64,000 nt of DNA from Tubiluchus corallicola (lineage: Eukaryota; Animalia; Priapulida): NCBI GenBank assembly GCA_030141605.1, contig JAQGDQ010000139.1:310001-374000 (forward strand). Direction: 5' to 3'. This document shows, piece by piece, positions 48,988-64,000 of the stretch; position 1 is the stretch's first letter; each line of letters opens with the position of its first letter. The notes under the pieces are model-generated. The model worked only from the letters and a program-made list of their open reading frames with translations. It had not been told where the DNA came from and ran no database searches. Made by a program: the position numbers and the translations under genes.

Positions 48988-50549
48988 GCGAAAGACAAAA
49001 AGTGAAAGAGGCCATATTAAGCTTGCAAAACGACTTACCCAACATATAGTTTATTGCATCATTTTTTTCTCTAAATCGCATTGAAGCAGTTGCAACAGCT
49101 GCAAATGATGCTCCAGCAACAGCAAATGGCACCGCAATGCTGCCAAATCGTGCAACCATTGCTCCAGTAGTTTTAGGCTGACTGTAGAAGACAACATCAA
49201 AAATTCCAAATGCTGTTCCTATAAAAAAATTTATATGAGTTTTACATCTTCCACAGCTACTGCAAAACACATAATAGCTGCACAGCTTCATTCAGCTGAA
49301 CAATTTATTTTAATAATTCTAAACTTTATGAATTTAAAAAAAAGTTAGCATTTCAGTCATCTAGGGCACCTGGAATAAGGTTAACTGCCGCCCAAAGATT
49401 AGCTTGAAATACACTATGTGTGCAAAATATGTATCATCATTAGAAAACGATGAGCACAAGTATCGACATGAGCAGCTACGTCATTGGAACTGTGGAGTGT
49501 GCAACAGCATGCAGGAACTTTTGTTAGCAAAAACCCCATTATTCAAATCGTGAAATACGCAATCAACATACTCTCATACAGGGATTTTTGTTTTCATTTT
49601 AGTATGAGAAGATAACCAATTTACACTGAGTTAAAAGATTACTGATAATAGTATTAAATATGAATTTTATAAGCATAAATTAATAAATAAATACGTATTT
49701 TGTGTAAAAATAAGGGTACTGCAACTTGACTGTGCTGCTGCACTTTTTCCTTTGCTGTAGCTCAATAATCTAAAATTTGCATTTGTGTAATGGCAAATTT
49801 TTGTAAAACTCTCTTTGGATTCATCTAGACACCATAAATGTTAATGTGGCCACCTTAGTAATGAATGAACAATCACACTGAACAATAATCAGGTTTAGAC
49901 ACTCAAGTACTTGGTCTTAATCAAAGCTGACTACGGTAACTTGTTCAACGAAAATGATAAAACTGTAATGATTAGGAAACAAATCTGGACATCATCTGAT
50001 AATAAATTTTCAGTTATTATTTGCCAGCTTGAAACTTTCAAGGCCAACTGGAACTGAAATAAATTCTAAAATGAAACACTTATGCCCTTTATAATTGTTC
50101 TGAGGATCAAAGTAAATGAAAATGACTATGCTAACCCCATGACTGATTTTGTTTTATTCACTTTCAAAGTGGAAAATATTTTAATTAAATCCTGGCTTAC
50201 CTAACCGAAAAGTGTAAAGACTGACACAATTTAAACTTGGAATTGTACATCACAAAAGCCTAAGCACTTGGTTTTGTTTCAGATTGATTAGCTAGAATTT
50301 ATCTAGTGCACAATGAGCAGCTGAATATCCAGTTAACCAGACTTACTCATCTACATACATGCATAATTTAGTAAATGAATAAGTAACACAAGCGCAACAT
50401 ACGCAACATATTTATGCGCAATAAATACAAAACTATAACAAAGAATATGCCTCACCTGCTAACGTTGTACACTTTGTGCAATAAAGTATCTTTTTCAGAG
50501 GATTTTTACCCTCTGGGGTGTCATAGTATGAATATCCTCGAAGTGCCAT
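48505..50549 (-). CDS. NDUFA11: NADH dehydrogenase (ubiquinone) 1 alpha subcomplex subunit 11 (B14.7, Tim17/22/23-like fold), 181 aa; exons 50456-50549, 49039-49218, 48505-48776
   Basis: MALRGYSYYDTPEGKNPLKK...AG|TAFGIFDVV...REKNDAINYMLG|GFASGTVVGAR; all junctions GT-AG and in phase. Confidence 0.88.
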
Positions 50550-50942
50550 GGTGAATTTTTAAATATAATATTCAGTCACCAAAAGTAGTAAAGCTTGTTT
50601 ACTGTTAACTTAAGTTGTAATAGGTCTCGCAGCCATTCTGCAAATAAATAATTTTATGTAAACAAGCATTTATAGGTTCACGGTGTTATTTACAGCATGA
50701 TTTAAGTCTGAAGATGTAAAGAGATCTACTAAAATGATACGAGAATTAAGGAATCTGTCATACAGTCAGTGAAATAAAAAGTTGGATCTATAGCTCTAAC
50801 AACTTGTAGAAAACAGTTATCTAATAACAGAATTTTGGAAGATGTCAAGAAACATGAATGTGCGGCACCGATACATTTTTTACCATTAATGATGAAACAA
50901 GATTTAATGGAGGACAACATGCAACTAAATATGGACATTAGG

Positions 50943-50944
<2 letters not shown>

Positions 50945-51004
<60 letters not shown>
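50945..51004. repeat. (TA)n microsatellite
   Basis: Visible run; a (CA)n run also lies at about 48957-48984. Confidence 0.95.
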
Positions 51005-51007
<3 letters not shown>

Positions 51008-52023
51008 AATATCTTAAGAGGGTTGTGGAGATTTGAATGAACACCTGCAGTCAGCCCAATTTAAAACCATAGCTCAAATTAACCGAATGCATAAATATTG
51101 AAAGAGAACATCGTCTTATTAACCATGACATTATGTGAAAGAATATTATTACTATGGAAATTTAAATTAATATTCGTGTTCTGTTGCAAGCAATTTGCCA
51201 CTTGGTAACTAGATGAACAGCACCTATATCTCTGGAACATTGCACAAAAGACAGACACTGTACTTTTCAGTGTAGTTATGTATATTTCAGTCTATGATGC
51301 AACACACCTTGGTGAAATCATATTATGACGCAGCGGTAAGCTTGGAATTTAAATTTTTAAACATAAATTTACCTAGTTTTTCTGTATCAGTCACAGTCAG
51401 TGTCGTACTAGCGCTGTATTTCAATTTCTGCTTTTGCAAAAATGCGCATATGTGTCACGCCGTTAGTTTTGTCGTCATTGCTTGGTGTGTTTGTCAGCCA
51501 TTAATTAAGATTTTAGGCTGTTATTTAATTATCAGAAACACTTTGTCATTGTTATAAGCATTAAAATGTACTTTTTACCAAACTTCAAAATACAGCAGGG
51601 ATGTGAAAAATCACCATTTTTTCCTTCAAATTGGTAAATAAGGATAGAATGTTAGATATGAATCTATCCTGTGACAAAAGAGACAGAGGCATGGCCCAAA
51701 CTGGAATCAAATAACAGAAGCATTGGTGCACATCCTGTTGAACTTATGCAAAAATCTCTTTCCAGCCACTCATAAACAAAACACATCGGTAAAATGCTGT
51801 GTGAGTTTCTTACACATTTCATCACCCACATGCAAGTGGTGTTGTGGAGATTCGATAGTATAGTAGAACAATCTTCTTACCTTGTAGAAGATTCAAGAAT
51901 TTTCTATACGCGATGCGCATAGTGGTTTCTAGATTGTTCTGGTTTAGTCCATGTGCACTGATATATAAGGCGAAGCCCAAGTATATTCTCGTATTCTCAG
52001 ATATGCACACTCTCATTTACATG

Positions 52024-52999
52024 TGTCACGGCCATGCGAGGCATGACCGCTAGCTAACTGGCCGATATACAGGGCCATTCATCACTATAAGATTTTGAAC
52101 AGTATAGAAGCCATTGGATACTATGCATTATATACAAGGTCATTCCGTCTAGGCTAATGTTTGCCCACTTCATTCAGGTACCGAGTTTTGTGTTGAACGG
52201 ATGTCTATCCAAGCCGTTTTTACCTGGTCGACGTAGTTGGTATTTTTCTTCTGTTCGTCTTATGTTTGAGACACGTTTTGTCTATGAGTTTTATTTTGGC
52301 CTTAATGGCAAAATTTAGTTGTTCTGTGAGAGACGATAGTTAAATGAACAATGATGTATCGACAACCTTTACGTAGCACCAGCACGACGCAGGAGTGAAG
52401 TAATTGCCCCGTCATACTTGTTCACTTAGAGGAGCTCTCAGACAACCCACCCTGTGAGTGATTCTGAAACTTTCGGAGCATTGGTGGAGTATTCACATAG
52501 TGGTGGAGTCCGCAGCATCCTGATTACGCTATTCGGCGGTAGTGGAGGCGCAGAAATCGACTACGATTCCAGATTAAACTGCTTGTAGCGTGTCAGAACT
52601 CATGGATCGGCTACATGGCGGAGCATCCTCCTTATTCCAGTACAGGATCGTGGATTTGGGACTGTGAACCGTCCTTGGTGCATCCTGGAAGAGACGGCCA
52701 TCGGGAACTATGTATAAACATGAGTATACTCCTTGCTACTTGTTAAAATCTGGGCCCAGTAGGTATTATTTTCTCCCGTATGTACAATTGTTTTTTGCTT
52801 TGTTCTTATTTAATAATATACTGTATGATTTGCACAACATCCAGGTGTTTATTAGTTCTATTTGAAAGTTTGTGAAAATATTTTACGATTAACAACTCAA
52901 TGATTATATTTAGTAAAATGATCAAGTCCTATAGGAGAATTGCCCCAACACGAACCCAAACGCTTGGTGATGAAATTAGTAGAAATAATTACCCTGACA
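52024..52999. mobile_element. Possible solo LTR
   Basis: Short inverted termini TGTCACGG...CCCTGACA bound a roughly 1-kb, GC-richer non-coding block; no clean target-site duplication. Confidence 0.35.
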
Positions 53000-53529
53000 T
53001 GTAAGTAAATTTGGATTTGAGACTTTGATACTAAATTACCCTAGTCCAGTTATAATATATTAGTTTTAATACCACAAACCACAGCAACATGTTTCCAGAT
53101 TATCACTTGTCTGTACACATTTCGCATAATGAACTAGTTTAATTTGACTACGTGTTTTCTGGTTTTCTCTACGAGCCGTCTGAGAGAAACAAGACACAAC
53201 AAGTGGCTAGTATGCAGACTGCAGTTTAGGTGGATTTGGGTTAAATTGGTGTAGGACGTGGAGTAGACCCAGGCCGATGCAAGGCAGTTGTGCATGCACT
53301 AAATTTGCGGAAAACCAGTGCCACACCTGGACCGTCCAAGTAGCACACCTGTCATTTCTCTCACTTCTTTAACTTTACATCGAGAATTTTGATAAATTTC
53401 TAAAAATTCTCAGAAAGTTTCTTCATTTTATAAAAAATTGCGCTTGTTGATTGAGTTGCCGTCAGTTTGGCATCATGAAAACTTGCTTGACCAGGTACAT
53501 GGCTCGCTATCCTACATTTTTTCTCCCAA

Positions 53530-53990
53530 AAAGACATACCATATTCATCAGCAACAACTTTGACTAATTTTAAACATTAAATTCATGTTCTTCCCACTAT
53601 TTGCTAATACACTAATATCATCTGCAAAACCTCTAATCCCCAAGGATTACATCATCTTCAACATTCATACCCCAAGTCTAGAAATTTTTACCATCTCTAG
53701 CATTTTAGTTTTACTACTAATATATAAAGAAAAGAAAACCAATGCCATAGGATCACCTTGTTTAACACCACATCTAGTCTTTATTGGCTTTGTTTTAATA
53801 CCTATCCATAGAATTTTCATTTCCAAACACTGATATCATTTTTTTCTAAAATTGAATAAAACACTCTTGCACCCAAATTATTCTAATATCTCCTGTAATT
53901 TATTTATATTTACTTTATCAAATGCTTTTTCTAGTTCTAACATAACATACCATAAATTTTCTCATATACCATATATTTATCTAGGTCACG
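53530..53990 (-). mobile_element. LINE reverse-transcriptase fragment
   Basis: Minus-strand GVKQGDP and FADDI motifs, preceded by LEKAFDKV. Confidence 0.7.
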
Positions 53991-54059
53991 CAATAGAGTA
54001 ATAATACACCACTTGTAATACCATACTTCAGCTAGTGCACTACTCAGCACCCGACAATA

Positions 54060-56000
54060 GGTAACATGAATGTTTTGCATACTAATATATACCACTTGCA
54101 TGTTTTGTACAATAACATAAACTCTTTGTTGAATAAAAGACATGAACTTTTGATTGCTATTACTAATAATACATTGGATATTGTTTGCATTTCAGAATTT
54201 GCACCAAAAAACTGTGTTTTACTTGGACAAGAATGTGAGTTACAAACTGATGACTTTGTCCTATTTTCGAACATTAATAGATATAAACGCGGAGTTTTGA
54301 TTTATACTAGGAAGCACTTAAAAGCAACTACTAGTGAAGTGAGTAACTGGTGTACTTTCGACAAAGTTGGGTTGAGATAAATTTAACCAAGGGCAATGAT
54401 CGACTCTTACTGAGCTATATTTACAGAAGACCAAATGTCATCATCATCCAATGAATCATACGCCCAGGGACACGATTCTGTTCACCTCCCTATGCCAGAA
54501 CTCACTACTTGCTGCAATGCTGCAAGTGCATTTATCTCTAAGGATTAGTGCTGACAAACCAATGACTTTAATTTTCCACCTAAATTAAAGTCTTTTGTCT
54601 TAAATGCTCGCCTGCTTATACGTTGGGGCACCTACTCTCTTCAATGAAGTCCAAATAGTAATGATGATAATAATGGTAAGCTCACCAATGATTTGAGGAA
54701 GGTTTGTGAAAATTCAAAATGTTCTCATATGTTAATATGTGGAGATTTTAATGTTCCGGAAATAAGTTGGATTGATGAAACTATCTCTTGTGATGAAAAT
54801 CACCCAACTTGTCATTATATGGAGTGTCTTTGGGACTGCTTCCTCTATTAGCGTGTTAAAATGCCAACAAGAAACTTAAAGATGAGATGGGGAAGCACAC
54901 ATACCAAAGTCTGTAACTACACCTAATAAGGGTAAAAGAGTTATGGATGAACAAATCAGCAATGGACAAAGTTAAGTTAAGACATGTGGTTTACAAAAAG
55001 TATCTTAGTTCGAGGGATACAGATGACTATAAGGAATGTGCTAAATGTCGGAATCAAGCCAAATGGATATGTAGATCAGCTGTTTATAATTTTAAAAGGA
55101 GAACTATTGCAGAAGCTAATATGAATCCAAAAGCTTTTTTAGCTATGCTAATAAGAATCTGCATATGAAGACTTCTGTACCCGATCTTCAAAGATCAGAT
55201 GCTACTAAGGCAAAGACTGATCTAGAGAAGGCTGAAGAACTTAATAAAATTTTCGGTAGTGCATTTACCATAGAGGATTCATCAGGAATACTTGACTTTC
55301 CAAAAAGACGTTCATTCAATTATGAATAATTTAATCATCAGATATGGTACGGGCTAAGCTTCAAAAATTGAAACGATACAAGTCACCAGTAATAGATGCT
55401 ATCCATCCCAGAATGTTTATTGAAATACAAGAACAGATCATTGAACCACTAATTGAGCTTATGAATATATATATCTCCAAAAGGGGACTGTCCCACAGGG
55501 AAGGAAAGATGCCAGAGTTAGTCCCATCTTTAAAAGTGGTAACAAATCTAGCCTCAGTAATTACAGACCAGTTAGTCTGACGAGTGTTGTCTGCAATCTT
55601 TTAGAAAGTATTATAAGGGATCATATGATGACTCATTTGGTGAACAATAATTTACTTAGTTTTATTTATTATTTATTTACGACATGGTTTTGTGGTGGGG
55701 GGCGGGGCAAATCTTGCATCACTCAGTTTTTAGAATGTATAGAGATGTGGACATCTATCTTGGAGAATGGTGGATGTATTGATGTTATTTATACGGATTA
55801 TGCCAAGGCTTTCGACACGGTTGCCCATGAAAGGTTGTTAAAGCAGTTGGCTGGATATGGTTTTCATGACTGTTTATTAACGTGGATTCTCAGTTTCTTA
55901 TCCAGTAGGTGCCATGTCAAAGCGTTGCTGTCAATGGTGTTTAATCAAGTTGGGCAAGTGTAACTTCGGGAATTCCACAAGATAGTGTATTGGGCCCAGT
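54060..56000 (+). mobile_element. Decayed CR1-type LINE ORF2 (APE endonuclease plus RT)
   Basis: NINSLLNKRHEL...DIVCISE; ICGDFNVPEISW; NYRPVSLTSVVC; DVIYTDYAKAFDTVAHERLL; VTSGIPQDSVLGP; many frameshifts. Confidence 0.88.
54437..54645 (-). mobile_element. 5'-truncated retroposon nested in the CR1 endonuclease region
   Basis: Flanked by an 11-bp direct repeat GAAG(A/T)CCAAAT (54426-54436 and 54646-54656); (GAT)n tail on the minus strand. Confidence 0.65.
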
Positions 56001-56323
56001 TATAATAATAAATAATATTAATGTATAATAAATTATTCAACATGTATTGACGTTTTCAACTATTAGCATTAAATAAACAAGGACAACAGACGCTGCCAGT
56101 ACCGTTAACGGCTCAATTTGTGACCTGTCACAAGTGTCCTACTCCGCTCCCAACACCCAAACTCTTACTTGGTTTCTTGCATGTAGGGTTGAAAAACATA
56201 TGAGCTCGCATAACTGAACTAATAAAAAGTGACTTTACACGACTAAAATTAACATTGAACTATAATTATTAACAAAATTAATATTAACCTCACTCAGGCT
56301 CGGAAACGTTATTACTATATTAG

Positions 56324-56570
56324 TACCAAAAACAGTCGCTTAATGCCGCTAAAGCATTAAAGATGAGAACCGACAGGAATGGAATAGCAGATTTGCGGAT
56401 CTAATAAAGAGACATAAGAAAACTTTTTTTATCTATTCCCTAGAGTCACTAACTCAAAGTGTTAGTAATAGCATATTATTATACAAGTATTACCAAAAGC
56501 AGTCACGTAATGCCGCTAGAGCACTAATGGTGAGAACCGACAGGAGTGGAGTACCAAATTTATGGACGCC
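56324..56570. repeat. Two diverged direct repeats, period about 167 bp
   Basis: taccaaaa.cagtc..taatgccgcta.agca.taa..tgagaaccgacagga occurs at 56324 and 56491. Confidence 0.75.
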
Positions 56571-56984
56571 CTAAACGGCGTAGAATTTTTTTTTAGTTCA
56601 TTTAACTTCATTCCCATGAGTTACAAACTCATTCCCCTGAATCACTAACAGTAGTTACTCGTTCCCCGAATTAGTAACTCCCCCCCCCCCGAGTTAATGA
56701 TTAATGTTGCCTATGCGATTGCGTTAATTCCTGGAAATGCTTAATTGTACTTAAAATATGCTCAATTGTACTTGATATAAATTGTTCCAGTCTAGTACAT
56801 TAGTAGCTTCTTATGTGGACAGGCGTTATTTTCGCCTAATGCTTGCTCTCTCATTCATATAGATAAAAAAGAACAACACATAATTTTAAAAGCAAATATT
56901 CACTATTCATTCAGTTAATCCATATTATTCTATAACTATGTGGTTGAGTGGAACAATAAACAGCACCACACTTATTCCATATTT

Positions 56985-58261
56985 AATAGTAAGTACTGGT
57001 GCAATACAATTAATTGGGACTATGTCGTGCCAAAATCAAAAATAGTATTATATAATCACAATACCCCCTAATCCATTTCGTTTTGGAAAATAGAACTGAA
57101 GCTCAAATTAGACTAGTCCCATTTTCAGAAAAGTGGAACACTGGAGTATTTTTTTCTAAAAATGGACAACATAGCCAGTCTTATAAATTTAACTATGCTG
57201 AATCCGAAAAAAGTTGTTGCCAGCTCAAAAAATTAGTCAAAAAGAGGTTAAAAATGCCGAAAACAAAAAGGCTGCCAAGCTTTTGCACAAAAACTGTGCT
57301 TTCCAGAAAATTAACATTAAAAAGCCATATGTGACATGTATTCCAGGGTAACTGGACCCAAGGAACCCATTTCTGTCATTTTCATTTCAAAAATGGTAAC
57401 AACTTTCAAAATGGCTGCCACGCGATAACGAAATGATGACGACCATACAGTTACACTAACCGTTTCATCCAAAGATTTATTACACAAACAAAAACCAATC
57501 AACTGGATCTTCTTGAATCCAAAAAGCTGCTACTAGCCCTAAAATAATGCAAAGCAATTCAAGCACTTCAATAAGTAATAAAACAAAATAACTGCCGGGG
57601 TCCTGACATAATTGTCTAGCTGAATGAATAGCAAGTACTTGTGCAATGCACTTAATTATATGTCGTGTCAAAATCAAAAATAGTATTAAATAATCACGAT
57701 ACCCCAAATTCATTTTGTTTTGGAAAAAAATCGAAGCTCAAATTAGATTAGTCCTATTTCCAGAAAAGTGGAACCCTGAAGGATTTTTTTCTAAAAGTGG
57801 GCAACATAGCCGGTCTCATCAACTTAACTATGCCGAATCTGAAAAAGCTGTTGCTGTCTTGAGAAATTGGTCGAAAAGGGGTTAAAAATACCAAAAACAA
57901 AAAGGATGCCAAGTTTTCGCACAAAAAAACGAGCTTTCCAGGAGATTAACATTAAAAAGCCATATGTGACGTGTATTCCAGGGTAACTGGACCCAAGGAA
58001 CCCATTTCTGTCATTTTCATTTCAAAAATGGCAACTACTTTCAAAATGGCTGCCACGTGATAATGAAATGATGACGACTATGCAGTTACATTAATCGTTT
58101 CATCCAAAGATACATTACACAAACAAAAACCAATCAACTGGATCTTCTTGAATCCAAAAAGCTGCTACTAGCCCTAAAATAATGCAACGCAATTCAAACA
58201 ATCCAATAAGTAATAAAACAAAAGGGCCACCGGGGTCCTGACATAATTGTCCAGCAGAATG
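56985..58261. repeat. Tandem duplication of about 640 bp (two diverged copies), probably of a DNA-transposon fragment
   Basis: 56985-57626 aligns colinearly with 57627-58261 (for example, ccagggtaactggacccaaggaacccatttctgtc occurs in both). Confidence 0.9.
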
Positions 58262-59408
58262 GTCTCTTGCTCTTTTCGCCTATTACAAAACTTTTTTCAA
58301 TGTTAAGTCATTGAGAAATTTCTGAGTCTATATTTGAAGTGCCTCAATGCCCTCACCATTTTCTTTCCTTGCCATGCTTGACTCTAGTATAGAGCTCTAA
58401 ACTTACCACATTGATTAGAAGAGAGTATGACTTTCATGTGTAAAATCATAGAAGCAGATGTATGAAGCCAAGTTTAATGCCACCAAAACTTTCACAAATT
58501 GTAGGCTCAGCAACCAATGTGATTTGTTTCCTCTTGTAATTGCCATTTTAATATATTTTTTTTAAAATGAGTAACTTTAAAACAGTATAATAAAGATTTG
58601 ATAGCGCAAACTTTACAGTCAAGATAACCTATGCATTAATATCTACAATATAATAACTACATTACTGCAAAAGCTGTTTAACTAACACTGCAATCATTAT
58701 GCATTGCAAGTCAACATTCATTCAACATTTAGTCTGTACAAAAAAAAATCACGTTCTTTAAAACAGCAACAATTACGTTTATTGTAATATTCAATACTCC
58801 ATACTTGCATTCTGATATGCTTAACTAACAATATTTAATTTGCAAGATAATTTGCCCAAGATGTGTTATTCAAATGTAAATTGGAAACTGTACAAAAGCA
58901 ATGAAAATCTGTTCACAAAATGACAACTCAGTCCCAGCATTTCTGTTTTTTCTTAGCAGGTTGCTCATTTTAGGTCATAAAAGTATAAACTTACATAATT
59001 ACTATGCTTTTACAAATTATTTCAAATTGTCAACGCTTTTACTTAACGAAAGTGGCGACAAGCCACTGGGGCATAACACTCAACCTTACAAAGGGTCTAT
59101 AGTACAAGTAACAGACTTTGAGGTCTATACCCTCATAGTTCTAACAAGCAGAACAACATTTGAACATTTCTTTTTCCTAGAAACAATTCCAGTATAATGC
59201 AGAATAAATTCTGTAAGCTTACAACCGTTCCAGAAATAGTTATGGGAAAGAATCTGGAGCAATTCTGTAAGTGCATATATGCAGTTAATTTACAATAGTG
59301 TCTATGATGATTAAAAATACAATGAACATATACAGTGTTCAGTGAAGTAAATCATCATCCTACAAGAATATGCTGAATAATCCACACTTTGACAGGCTTG
59401 TGTCAAAC

Positions 59409-63280
<3,872 letters not shown>

Positions 63281-64000
63281 CTGCGAAAGTAAAAATAATA
63301 AGAGCATCGGATACGAATAAAACATATTGATAATGTATAAAAAAGCTCAAATTAAATTTTTATTGGAGCAAGTCTACTTAACAGTACCTGTTTAATGATA
63401 TCTTTTTCATTACTTTACTTGATGCATCTTTTTTTGTTGTGTTGACTGCTAAGCTACTCTAACAAAGTTGTTAGTACCATAAATTAAAACAAAGACTGCC
63501 AGTTTGAAATAATGTTTACACAAAGAACGTGGACGGTTATTAACTGCATCTATTGCCATTTCATTTCATATTTGTTGCTGGACAGGAAGTGATAATGTAA
63601 GCAGATAGGATAACAGTTTAAAGAGTATCCTACGCATCTTTTGGAAAGCATTACATTATTTTCTGAAGAAAAATGCCTTCATTAAGGAATGCTGTACATA
63701 ACATCAGATTTTAATGGAATCCCCAACTGTGACTAAGTGAGAAGATATTATGCAAGATAAAAGCTATAAAAATTATTCAAATTTCATGAAAAAAGAAGAG
63801 TGGTAGAATAACATTTCTAATTATCTTAATAAAATCTATATATGCACAATAAAAAAGACAAAAGTTAAAACTTATCTTTATGGAAAGTAATTTTATGCCA
63901 AATCGATATTTTTTTCAAACCTTATTATGGAGAGTATAATAGTAGCATGCTGAAGAAACATCCAAAAATCTAAATTCCTTTCGAAGCGTTTTTACAGTAA

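Overview
AT-rich, intron-rich metazoan genomic DNA, most likely a bilaterian invertebrate; no prokaryotic features. Six spliced protein-coding genes were reconstructed by hand with in-phase GT-AG junctions. They are synaptotagmin-4/11-like (-, 5' part only), a JMY/WHAMM-family actin nucleation-promoting factor (-, 10 coding exons, 730 aa), hnRNP M/MYEF2-like (+, 11 exons, 643 aa, last intron U12-type), prefoldin subunit 2 (-), NDUFA11 (-) and the 3' part of NDUFS2 (-). Introns and intergenic DNA carry decayed LINEs, several TIR/MITE elements (pogo/Tigger-, piggyBac-, hAT-, Harbinger- and foldback-like), tRNA-derived SINE heads and tandem repeats. The best leads are a candidate regulatory layer in the hnRNP M gene (a minor intron with a TE inside, a putative poison exon and structured intronic RNA), a 105-bp hairpin-forming tandem array in the JMY/WHAMM intron, a W-to-F change in the acidic tail of the JMY/WHAMM WCA domain, and apparent ancient linkage of the gene set. 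I found no clearly novel system; these leads are hypotheses. TE family names come from end structure only, with no database search.
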